The position numbers and the translations under genes are program-made. Shown here one piece after another: positions 10,804 through 23,102 of a stretch of 64,000 nt of DNA. Position 1 is the stretch's first letter; each line of letters begins with the position of its first letter. The DNA comes from Nymphaea colorata. Lineage: Eukaryota. Under the pieces are notes generated by a model. That model saw only the letters and a list, made by a program, of their open reading frames with translations. It searched no databases and had not been told where the DNA came from. Location: contig NC_045138.2 of the NCBI RefSeq assembly GCF_008831285.2, positions 5,580,001 through 5,644,000 of the forward strand. The letters run 5' to 3'.

Positions 10804-10922
10804 AGATGTGGGGAAGGTATTTTCTTTCCTCCTGCTTGCTAGCTACTTTTGTATGTATATATATTCATAGAATATGCGATTGAGTTTTCTCCCTTGAACA
10901 ATTTAGTAGTTAAAGGTGTAGT

Positions 10923-10954
10923 TCTCTCTCTCTCTCTATCTCTCTCTCTCTCTC

Positions 10955-10985
<31 letters not shown>
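10923..10985. repeat. (CT)n/(TA)n compound microsatellite upstream of the CYP
   Basis: Direct reading. Confidence 0.9.
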
Positions 10986-11469
10986 CAAACATGTTTGAAT
11001 AGTCAAACATGGTTGGTGGTTGGATGCTTGAATAGTCAAACATGTTTGGCAGTTGGAGATCTTGGTCAGGACGTATTAACGAGGAAGTGTTTGTTTTTTA
11101 ATATTTCCCTCAGAACAAGAACGGAGTCATTTTCTTGAAGGTTAAGGAATTCTTAAAACGATAAATAGACAGTATGCCATGGATCATGTAGAATCACATG
11201 TGGTAATGTGTGAGTAGTTGCCCTCACAGTCTCACACATTTTGTTTATTTCCTATTTATTTGTATATGTATGCCCCTTAATTATTTACTTAATGCTCTTT
11301 AATCTTTTTATTATGTCTAATATTTTTTTTGAATAAGTGCTCCTCGAAAAAAAAACGTATGGCTTTTGCCCAAGGAAACAGGAATGAGCAATAGGGAGCT
11401 TACCACTGGAGCTAAAATGCTTCAAAGAGTAGAAACACATTTTCAAATCGTTATCTTATTAACCATGGC

Positions 11470-12260
11470 AGGTTACAATAATGGATTGCTAGGAGGTAGG
11501 CTCCCCACTTTTATTACCAAAAAATGATATTTACAATAATTAACAGAGGATGCAAGGCATCGACAGGAAAATTGCAAGGACCAAAAAACCCTCACCCCTC
11601 AAAAATACAAGACAGAGAACATCTGAACCAAGAGCCTATAGTTAAGCCAAAAACAAAACTGTCTGCCCGTCTGCTATTAGGCTAACAAAACATGCAATAA
11701 TACCCGCCATCGTCGCGTCCATCTTGATGACCATAAATCAAGGATGCTGACCTGATCCACTCACAAAAAGTGATAGTCTATATTGGTTCTTTCAGAACAC
11801 TTTCTGAATAGGACCCATCTTGCTGGAATGGTACTGCGCCCTTCAATCATAATGGTTCTGCACCCTTCAATCATAGCTCGTAATCAAAGATATGATCGTG
11901 AGACTTCCTGAACTCTTCAGCATTTTACCTAGCCAAAACTCCAGCAGGTGCATTTCAGCTGTATCCCCCCTACTGTGAGCCATTCTATTAAGCGACTTGT
12001 AAGCTCCAGCATCCCTGTCCCACCAGATGCAGCCATCATTAACTTTATGTTAAATCTTCTATGTGCAACTTGAAGAGTATGATTGCCCTTATGTATTTCT
12101 TCTCTTTTACTACAGAAAATACCACAAGTTGAATCAGTTGCAAGTTTTCCTCCTGCGAAAAGATCGCCTTACCCTTTGTCCTATCTTCCAAATCCTATTT
12201 GTAATGCTACCAATGGATGGGTGCTGCCAATTATCATGGGCTGTTTGGTTTTTAATTAAA
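11470..12260 (-). mobile_element. Possible highly degraded LINE 3' fragment
   Basis: Minus strand gives LWYFL**KRRN- and NSRRADS-like remnants and a 3'-UTR-like AATAAAAGTGGGGAGCCTACCTCC. Weak resemblance only. Confidence 0.25.
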
Positions 12261-12289
12261 AAAGTAACATAACGACGGTGGTTGGCAAT

Positions 12290-12660
12290 TAAGGACGTTA
12301 ACGCCTCAAAGGATTGGCTTCAAACTGGATAAACCCTTAACCATATCTGTTTTTTTTTAATATTCACATATTTGGATTCAAATCCAAAATTTGGTTTCAC
12401 AATTCGAACCTGATTTTTATATTCATGTCCAAATCTAAATCCAAATTCTGAATCAAAATTTTTCAATTTTCAAAATGTAAGAGAATTAAATATAAGACAT
12501 TTGTTTAAAACAAATCCGGTCCAAATCTGATAGGATGCTATTTCTTAAATCTTAATCGGATAAATATGATTTCTTAATCATATATTAATTTTTTTGCATC
12601 AGACTTTTTTTATCGGTTCAATTGGATATCCAATCCAAATTGAATATATTGATATCCTTA
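12290..12660. mobile_element. Degenerate hAT-type MITE
   Basis: Imperfect TIRs TAAGGACGTTAA / TTGATATCCTTA; flanks TTGGCAAT / TTAACAAT (6/8, TSD-like); ATCCGA/GGATT-rich interior related to 30436-30858. Confidence 0.6.
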
Positions 12661-13650
12661 TTAACAATGATAACAATGTGATATTGCTTCATGAGTTTGC
12701 CCTAAAGTTTGAGGGAGATTCAAAAAACAATTTGCTATAATGTTTCAGTATCAAATTTTTGGGGTAGATATATGAAATAGAATGTCATTGTTCCCATTAC
12801 CAAATGCCCTCAAAAGACAAAAAAACTTGGAACTATTTTTCCATTTCTATGGAAAGAGAAAAGTGGGAATTCTTTTTGTGAGCATGGCTTGATGATAGTG
12901 AAATTCCGGATAAAATTGCTATCTTTGTGAATTGGATATTTTCGACAAAATTGATATTTTTGAATTTCAGTATTCCTATCCACAAATTGTAATTCCGACA
13001 AATTTTGTTTAAGTTATTTTCTTTTCAGTCTTCTAGCATTTGGGAAATTGAGTATGATTTTTTTCGCCCCATTTATGAATAGATTTTTGTTTTCATTTAG
13101 TTTAGTAAATACTTTTGTTTTTTTCTTATATGCATATATGTACGTTTTTTTTTACTTTTTTCTTTTCTGAATGTCGCTTGTCAAATCTTTTCAAATGGGA
13201 CTATTTGCAAGGCATTGAATTCATACCGACTACTGTATTGAACACATAAAAGAACTTACAAAATTCGTTAATGAATTCCCATTTTCTAGATCTGCCTTTC
13301 TACTTGCTGATTGAAGGCATGTTATGTTCCTTAGTCAATAAGGGAGTGTTTAATAGCCTTTGATTTAAGGGAGTATTTTCTAAATCTTACTTCATCTTCT
13401 CATGATTCTGGTGCACTCAAGTATAGCTTCTTGACTCCGAAGATGAGATTTGAGAGAACGAAAAGAAATAGAGTGAGATATTGATTACATATCTCTAATG
13501 AGAATTATTTAGAAGAAGAATCAATTACTTTGGATGATCTCTTAGGGTTGCTTTGGGTGAAGCCCTAAAGTGATGAGCATATGCCTCCAAAAGATCTTCT
13601 TATGTTGGACCTTGAACAAGCTTGTTCCCAAAGATGGAGAAGAAGAATAG

Positions 13651-13738
13651 ATGAAGAGACAAAAGGAGGAAAAGAGCTAATAGAAAACTCTAAAATGAAG
13701 AGACAAAAGGAGGAAAAGAGCTAATAGAAAACTCTAAA
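13651..13738. repeat. Perfect 44-bp tandem duplication
   Basis: ATGAAGAGACAAAAGGAGGAAAAGAGCTAATAGAAAACTCTAAA x2. Confidence 0.9.
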
Positions 13739-14899
13739 TCTTCAAGTGACAGAGCACTAGAGGTTCCCAAAAGATTAGCTCATGTCCAAGAGGAAGGATT
13801 GTGAGGGTATTTATAAAGAGTTTTGGAGCAAAAACTGAAAATTTGATTTTTTTTTTTTAATTTAACAAGATTTTCTTGAAAATTTCAAATATTTTTGAAT
13901 AATTTTTAATTTTTTAAAATATGCTTTCACTAAGTGGGATTAGCCGACAGGGCTAATGCACACCTAGCCAGGCCAAAATCACCCCCCAAGGGGCGGTTTT
14001 TCATCAAAATGGGGGCCCTGCGTGCACAGACCTTGTCTCAGTGTGCAACGCATATCAGCGGCGATGCGTGAAGGCGCTCTCACGTGCTCATTCGACTGCA
14101 TGGCACGCTTGTGCGTTTGCTCGACCACGTGGCACGCTTGCTCGACCTTGTGGCGCACTCGCGTAGTGTGCGCACTCGCGTAGTGTGCGCACTTGCGCGC
14201 GCGTGATTTTTGTTTTTTGTTTTTGTTTTTTAAATCAAAATAAAAAATAATACTGAAAAGTTGTTTATATAAGAAGTGTAAAACCTTTTTTATTTAAAAT
14301 GTAAGCAATGATGATTTTTGTTAAAAATGGGCGGCCGACTATGTTTTGAGAAATTCCAGGTTCGTTTTATATTTGGATTGGGTTCAATTGGTCGCCCATG
14401 CATTCTAAGGAGTAATTTAAGCTCAAAAGCACATCTCGACACAAAAGCAAAACATAAAACAAAGGAAGGTCCATGTGTGTGCGGGGACACACTCAATGAC
14501 ATTAAATTTTGCCGTTCGGATATCAGCTTTGGAATTTGAGTTTCAATTTTTTGATTAGGATCTAAACTTGGGTTTGGGGTCTAATTCGGATCCGAGAATT
14601 GGATTTTGGATATGAATCTCACGTCTAAGGTTGGGTTTTGATTTTAAATTTTGTGTTTGGGATTGGACAAGGTTTAGAGATTTATTTTGGATCGACTAGT
14701 CGCAAATTTATTTTGGGTCTAGGATTGCGCTTAAGGACAAGGAATTAATCCAGATAAAATAATTGAGAACTGAGTGAAAATGAAATACACCCCTTTAAAA
14801 AAAAAAAGAATTTGGGGAGATAACAGTGCTTCGTAAGTGTTCATCATAAAACTTGCTTTCTAACTAAAAACAAATTTCAATGTATACCACACATATATA

Positions 14900-16620
14900 A
14901 CATCCTTGAGTTTCAACACAATCCTATTGTTGGTTTGTAAATTTACATCAGCAACACCAACTTGTGACAAACTATAATTATACATTCCAACACAGCATAA
15001 TCACTAAAAGCATAAGTAAAAAATAATTCTTCATTTGAAATGACATGGAGAGACACTACTATCAATTACCCAGATCATATCGTGACTTGTCAAGTTCATA
15101 ACATCTTCATCATAAACAACTGTCATTATGTATAGCTGCAACAACACGATCATTAATATCTTCATTTTTTCTATCTTCTTTTTTACTATTTATATTTTCT
15201 CCCATCAATTGAAAGCAATATTTTTTGATGTACCACATAACATATTCTTGTAACTTGACCTTGATTTGCTTCAATTTTTATGTGTACATTTCTCACTCTT
15301 GAATTTATTTTTCTCCCTTTTTTTAGTGACAAATGCTAGACTTTTAGATTTTTTTCTCATCTATTCATTTAAAACACCGACCTTAACAAGCTTCATAAAA
15401 GTAATACTATTTGACATAGAGTTAGTGAGTGAGATCCAAAATGTCTCGTATAAATCTAGTGGAGTGAGAAAAAACCAAGGTTCAAGAACTTCATCTTCAA
15501 ATTTTAGACTCACATCCGACAATTGATTAATAAGTCATTGGAATTCATTCAAGCGATCGACAACAAAATTTCCTTATGCTTAACTTGCATCATCCATATT
15601 ATTGCCGGTCTTTGAAGCATGCAAATTTTCAAGTGAGGACCATAATTTCTTCATATGATTCTCATGCTGAACGTAATATAGGCATTCTCATCAACAAATT
15701 ATCGAATAAAATCATACACCTCCTCATGCTCAAACTTTCAATTTTCATTACTGATAGATTCTGGCTTTTGATTTGTAAATATTAGAAGATGCATAATCTT
15801 CACAAACAAAAATTCATTCACTTTGTTTTTGTGTAGATTATAATTTGTGTCAATCGAACTAATCACCTGACTTGTGGTAATGATGTTTATTCTTGAACCA
15901 AAAGCTTCGATACCATTTATATTGGTAAAAGCAGGCACAAACCAAATGATCAAGTTTTACAAACAATGGCAATGACTAAAAATACCTCTAAATAAGCATT
16001 TTTATTCTGTGCAAATAAACGAACAATATTTCTTCCACCCGCACTCCAAAATAAAACTTTTATCAATTAAGAGATTTCAGTGCACAGGAATAAAAGCAAA
16101 CACCAAAAAAGACAAATACCAATTTTCTACTTGGAAATCCCACTAAAAAATAAGAGATAAATGCCACAAGGTTGAGAGCAATCCGATAACAATAAGTCCA
16201 TAGATCACCACAAGGTAGATACAATAAAACAAAGAAAGAGTAAGAACGGAAAGATCATGAGTGATCCCATGGCAAAGTCATCTTTCTCTAGCCCCAATAG
16301 TCATAAAAAGTGAAGAAAAAAGAACAAGGAAAAACCTCAAACAAGAAATTGAAGTTTTCTTTCCCTCTCTATTAATGCCTCTTGTTGCTTCGAGTGAGTG
16401 GAGAACATAAAAACCCCAAGCAATGAAGAAGAAAACCCCAAGCCAAGACTCGCATAAAAACATTCTATCCCCTTTTTCTTCCCTCTTCTATTTAAATTTT
16501 TGTAATTTCAATCAACAAAATTGTTGCTTATTTGCATCTTTTCAATGCTTTCCACTCAAGTACGAGTGAAAAAAAAAATGACTTTTCACCTTCCACCTTG
16601 TGATCCAAACTTAGAGTTCT
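14900..16620 (-). mobile_element. Old Ty1/copia (Tork/Tto1-like) 5' fragment: LTR remnant, PBS, gag, protease
   Basis: PBS-like TGGTATCGAAGC (15915-15904); gag remnants (QKPESISNEN, YETFWISLTNS, VKVGVLNE*MR); protease WVIDSS at ~15070; LQTNNRIVLKLKD at ~14905. LTR limit approximate. Confidence 0.7.
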
Positions 16621-17466
16621 GTTAAAAATTGTTTTATATTACTACTACAAAACTACTTGTTCTCTGCTTGAGTTTTACATGTCAGCGCTCAAAATCTGGC
16701 CAACGTGTGCCAATTTTATTTGATGATTTCAAGTATGTTGCCTTGTTTTCCCTCAAATTTTCTTATTGTATAGCTCAGCCAATCAAAAGCGGTGGAGATA
16801 ATCTCACAAGGTTCCATCAAATATACCTCATTCGACCATATGTGCAACAAAAACCATGACACACAGTACTTTTACGATGTGTTCTAGCTTGGATATGGCA
16901 GACAGAATGCTTATAATGTTTTTTTTTCCTCCAATGTATATTTTTCATAGGCCACCCCATCATAAGAAATTGATTCTTCAGAACTATGGATTAATTTGTG
17001 GCATCGCACCAATCCATGCATCACAAGCTGCTTCACCCCACCTCTGTCGCTATTTATTCAGTTTGGGCGAGCAGGAGGGAACCCACCGCTGGGGTGAGAA
17101 GTTGAAATCCCTTCAAGTCAACCCAGATGCACTTATGGTTACTTCCCTCAACTCAGAGAGTAGTGTCCATGGTAGTTTCCTGACGAGAAAAGTAGCATCC
17201 ACAAGAATTCAACCTGCAATTAACTAAGATTTTATTGATCCACTAATCCAACCAGCTACACTATGTTCCTTAAAACTCATTACCTATTTAGACACCCCAA
17301 CATGATCAATTAACAAGCAACATCTAGAATTTTCCTTTTGTCTAACATTCTAATTTCTTATCACCACATTATTCATTTTTAATTGCACTGAAAATTTGTT
17401 CAAAAAATGAAACCATAAGCCTGCCATATCATCAGTAATGTTATTGCATACACTAAAAACAAGTAA

Positions 17467-19450
17467 CTAATAGAGGTGGGGAGGGAGACGGGGCCTCAAA
17501 AGCACTAAGCGGAGTTGCTTTGGGCAGGGCTAGGTCATGTCCCTCGGTCATGTCAACCGGCTCATTCATGGGTGTAGACCATTCAAAGCTCTGCAGCAAG
17601 CGCGCCACAGTTAGGTGAAGAACTTGCATGGCCATCTGCCAGCGGACGCAGATCCTCCTTCCCGATCCAAATGGCAAGAACGCAAAGTCCTGACCACCAA
17701 AGCTGGTCATCTCATTGCAGCTGCTCAAGAACCTCTCTGGCTTGAATTCTTCTGGGTCCATCCACAATGTCGGATCGTGATGAATCTTCCACACATTAAC
17801 AAACAGAGTTGAGCCAACCGGCAACTCGAACCCACCAAGTTGAATGGATTCCATTGACTCATGTGGGACCAAAAGCGGTCCCATTGGATATAGGCGCATT
17901 GACTCTTTGACTATGGCTTGCAAATAAGGCAAGTTGTTGACATCTGTTTCATCCACTTGTCGCTCTTTGCCGATGTGGCAGTCTAACTCATCATGGGCTT
18001 TCTTTAGGAGATGTGGGTTATTTAGCAAGAGAGAGAGAGCCCACTCAAGTGTGACTGCTGTGGTCTCGGTCCCGGCTACTACCAAAACCTGGAATAATTC
18101 AAGACAATGGAGATTGGTGGTAAATAGATCTATGCCCTTTACTGATGCTAGAGAATTGAAAGTGTCACAAGCAAACATGAATAAAAAGTAGGTATGGGGC
18201 AATTTCTTTTATTTGTTATCAGAGGAATTATTTAAATATATATAGAGCAAAGAACATTCACTGAAAAGCCATTTGAACCTTACGGAAACTACAAAATGTG
18301 AGGCTGGTAGCATGAGATCCCAGATCAAGGCTGATCTAATATCCCTTTTATGTAGAACTACAACATAAACAAACACTAGATTTTGCCATTATGTGAAAAA
18401 GAAGAACTGAGATCCTTAGTTTATAGATAAAACCTTACAATTGGTGTCGGGTCTGACCTAAAGCATGTGGATTTGAGATTCTCAATGATCCCAAATTACC
18501 TTGATTTTCAAATCTGAGGCAATCAAACACCCCTCGAATATAAACTACAAGAACATGCCTGATTTAAGATTGTGGGGAGGGTCTCGTCTTAAATCTATGG
18601 CTCTCCAATCTTGAAGATTTAAAATCAGGGGCCATGATTTTATTGATCATGGGAAGTTCACAATTTGATTGAAATGTGGATTTTATCTATCATGGATTTA
18701 TGATTCCTTGGATCTAAGATCCATGTGGAATCAAGCACAACCTAAAAACTCTTCTAGTATTAATATACTGCGTATATATGATACTCTCATTTCTCTTAGT
18801 TTTCTAGATTCCCATTATGCAAACAGAAATTAGGTGATGAGAAGGACCCAAAATCTTATCAGTTTAAATAGGGTGCTAACACGTTCACTTAATCAGCTTA
18901 ATTTGGCAAGAAATGCTTAAAGTTATAAAAAAAGATTTAAACTAAATCACCAAAAGAAACAAACATCAAAACCTGTTAGTAAGAAGAATCTGAAATATTT
19001 AGAAGAGAAAAAAGCACGGCGACCCATCTTTTTTGGTAATTAACCATTAGAAAATTAAACTTAAGGGGGAGTTTATTACTTCAGATCTGAAAATTCATAA
19101 ATCTCACGTGAATCTGACGTGTTTTGCTTTTGTTGATATGACAAAAGAATCATGAGACCTAGGATTCATACTTAACATTCTTATTTTACTTCTCTCTGTT
19201 GAAACACTAAAGGTTAGAATTAAGATTGAAAGGGAAAAGTCGGATCTAGAACCACGGTTTTCAAGTCCTATGAGTCTTAGATGCAATCTGTCAAACGCCC
19301 GGTAAGTATGTTATGCATATATTTTTTTTATTGTCAAAATCTCCCAAGTTTGACCTTTGGAACTTCTCTTCAATGGCGGTTCACAATAGCTTAGCGATTT
19401 TAGTGCTTTCTGTACTTAAAAAAAAAAAAAGAGGAAAAGAGAGAGAGGTG
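17467..19450 (-). pseudogene. CYP82-like pseudogene: exon 2 (18088-17467) and intron; exon 1 deleted
   Basis: CAG|GTT acceptor at 18088, AGTETT, ESMR, PERF, FGSGRRICVR (G->R), 2-nt deletion near the C-terminus. At ~19450 the intron 5' end is fused to promoter sequence. Confidence 0.88.
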
Positions 19451-22352
19451 TTTAAAAAATTATTTTTAAACAAAATATAACCATTCTAATATATTTATAA
19501 AAAAATATTTTGATATAACACGTGCTTTGAATCAACTTGTTTTTACACAAAAAATGTTGTTTTTTCTATTATCAAAATGTAGATGCTATGACAGCCATTC
19601 ATTTATTTTCTTGTCATAAAAACACTATTAAATCCTAGAAATGGATCAACTGAATATATATTTCATATCAACCTATCCTTAATAACATATTCTACTGCTA
19701 TACTTCCAAAAAAAAACACTTTAAATATCATATTTAAAGGGTTTTCGGTTTTGTCCCTGACCTATTTGTTTGGTTTATACCAATATTTTCGGTCAATACA
19801 CAACCCCATATATTATAATGGGTATGTTTGATAATTGGGTTTGGAGATCTTGGCGACCCCACGAGAGATTACCATAGGACAATGATGGTGACCTCCTTCT
19901 TAGACTTTACTATCAATAGCATTCTTCCATCGTTTGCACTACGATATTTTGGAGACTGATTGAATTGTTAGAACCACGTAATCCATGACAGCCGCATCAT
20001 TCCTTTCGACCAGATAGAGACCATTTGATAATATGAGCAATGTGTCATGATCCCATGAATCTATGGAGTAGATTAATGGGACACTATGACAATATTAAAT
20101 ATGAATGTGCTTTAATTTATGTAGACATTAAAAAATTTTGCACACATTAGAAAGCCAACCACAAAAGAACTAGGTGGATCCAGTTGTGAGCACCACCCTA
20201 GTGCATGCAATAAATGCACACCAAAAAAGGCATAGGGACATTTTTGCCGTTTTCAAAAAAGAAAACAAACATATTGAGGACTTTATATCTTCCACTTTCC
20301 ATCTTTTACGCAAAAAAAAAACAACAAACTCTGTGGTGCAAGAAAAATCTATGAGGGATTATTTTGGGAGGTATATGTTCCGTCTTGCCAAGAGCTGCTT
20401 CTTGTTAGTCTTTTAAATCCCTAGTTTGGTATAAAAGTGTGAATTTGAATTTGGATTTGGGTTCGGATTTAAAAACAGTGGATATTAAATCTGCAGTAAT
20501 CAAAGGCAACCTAAATGGTTGGATAGATCTAGATGGTACTTCTTTTGTTCACTTTTAAGCTCCCTTTAGATCACTACTACTTTAGTGTTTTATCGTGAAA
20601 ATGTTATCTTATTTTATTATCTAAATGAATGCTTCTGTATGCATTGTAATTTGTTTCCAGAATAACATTACGTATATTGAAATGGAATGTCCATCCATGG
20701 AACTATGCATACAGAAATCACATACCTGACGCTATTGATTACAGAATTATTATTGGTAGTAAAATTTTCTATAGATATTTTAAAAGTTTTTACTCATTTC
20801 TTAAAAATGGCAAAATAATTGAAGGAACTGGCCGCCTACAATCCGCTGCCCCGGCCGTTGCAGCAAACCCTTTGGAAATGAGACTTATTATCTATTCAAA
20901 CACCCCAACTGATATCAATTAATTACCATGCAACATCCACAATTTTCCTTTTATCTAACATTCTAATTTCTTATGACCTCATTCTTCGTTTCAAATTATG
21001 AATCTGTCATATCATTGGAAATATTATAGCACACACTAGAAACAAGCACTATCATTAGTTTCACAACTGGAGGTGGGGAGGGAGATGAAGCCTCAAAAGG
21101 ACTCTAAACAGAGTTGCTTTGGGCAGGACTAGGCCATGTCCCTCGGTCATGTCAACCGGCTCATCCTTGGGCGTAGACCATTCAAAGCCCTGCAGCAAGC
21201 GTGCCAAAGTTAAGTGAATAAATTGCATGGTCATCCGCCAGCCGACGCAGAACCTCCTTCCCGACCCAAATGGCAAGAACACAAAGTCCTGACCACCAAA
21301 GCTGGTCATCTCATTGCCGCTGCTCAAGAACCTCTCTGGCTTCAACTCTTCTGGGTCGGACAATGTGGGTTGTGATGAATCTTCCACGCGTTAACAAACA
21401 GGGTTCAATCAACCGACATGTCGAACCCACCAAGTTGAATGGGTCCCAATGACTCGTGTGAGAGCAAAAGCGGTGTCGTCTGGGTATAAGTCTGCAAGTA
21501 AGGCAAGTTGTTGTTGTCTGGTTCGTCCACTTGTCAGTCTTTGCCCACATGGTAGTCCAACTCATCTTGGGCTTTCTTTAAGATATGTGGGTTGTTTAGC
21601 AAGAGAGAGAGAGCCCACTCAAGTGTGATTGCTGTGGCCTCCGTCCCGGCAACTACCAAAACCTGGAATAGTTCAGGACAATGGAGATTAGTGGTAACTA
21701 ATACTAGAGAATTAAAGGAGTCACAAGCAAACAACAGTAAAGCTTTGGTAGAGGGCCATTTCTTTTATGCTATCAGAGGAATGATCTAAATATGTATAGA
21801 ACAAAGTACATTCAGTGAAGCCATTTGAACAAAATGTGTGTTTGAGATCCCAGATCCTAGGCTGATCTAATGTCCCTTTTGTGTAAGAAAAACAAACACT
21901 AGATTTTTACCAGTATGTGAAAAAGAAGAATTTGAGATCCTTGGTTGATATCCAAACCATATTCGATGTCCCACGGGAGGGGGTGTGACGTAAAGTATGT
22001 GGATTTGAGATTCACAATGATCCCAAATCACCGCAAATTTCCGATCCAAGGCAATCAAACGCCTTTTAAATATAAAATTGGATGGAGGTCTGATATTAAA
22101 CCTATAGGTCTCAAATCATGAGGATCCATGGTTCTCAAATCTTGAGGATTTAAAATCAAAGAGAACCAAACGTCCTTATTAAAACCCATTAATTTAAGAT
22201 CATATTTTTTTCCCTGGGTGGTGGAGAGAGGGAGGAAAGGGTATCCGATCTTAAATTCATGGATTTGAGATCCTAGGGATATCAGATCAGAGTGGATCTC
22301 AAATCCACGGTGAAATAAACGCAACCTGTATGTTTTCACTTTTTTTTATGGA

Positions 22353-22354
<2 letters not shown>

Positions 22355-22440
<86 letters not shown>
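22355..22440. repeat. (TA)43 microsatellite
   Basis: Direct reading; the homologous tract at ~49203-49222 is much shorter. Confidence 0.95.
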
Positions 22441-22444
<4 letters not shown>

Positions 22445-23026
22445 CAAAGGTTAATTGGATCGGTTCTGGTTTCAAAAGAAAAAATCAAAATCCAAGTCTA
22501 ATTCGGATCCATAAAGTTGAAATGGAGGATGCTTGGGTCCAACCCAAATTTGATCTGTCGATGAGGTTCAAAAAAGTTGGTTGGTTTGTAAACTCCTTAC
22601 GTTATTCGCTTAAAAGAATGAATTACCATGGAGATGGAAGAAAGATGCGAAAAAATATCGCAAATTTTTAACAATATATTAAAAATTTGGCAATAATAGA
22701 AACTGCAGCTAACATGCACAAATCCACAAAATACACCAAAGTTTTTTTTTTTTTAATCGATATAATAGAAAAGGTGCAAAAGATTATCCAGTGCTTCTTA
22801 AATCTGTAAAAATTCAATCTGTTAACTCAATAAACTATATTTAGGCTTGAAGTAGGGACAAGTATAGCATCCTGAGGCCAAGAAACGACCTTGGACTTTG
22901 AAGGCAATGAGAAGAGGGAAAAGTGTCGGCTTTTCGTGCTAAATTGGCAAGTAAATTAATTGCATTTAGGCTTGATTTCCCTCAAAATCATTATAACGTT
23001 AACAAAAAATCTCATAATTCTTTTAA

Positions 23027-23027
<1 letters not shown>

Positions 23028-23097
<70 letters not shown>
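23028..23097. repeat. (TA)35 microsatellite
   Basis: Direct reading; homologous tract at ~48574-48615. Confidence 0.95.

Positions 23098-23102
<5 letters not shown>

Noticed and set aside
10118..10870. Antisense ORFs over CYP exons (repeated at each paralog)
   Set aside because: Expected shadow frames of GC-richer coding exons; no independent evidence.
13920..14205. GC-rich patch with CGCACTCGCGTAGTGTG tandem repeats
   Set aside because: Probably a DNA-transposon subterminal region, but I could not define TIRs, a TSD or a coding frame.
22330..22671. 113-aa ORF with a YIYIYI tract (also 22923-23114 and 44255-44548)
   Set aside because: Frames are open only because of (TA)n microsatellites inside introns.
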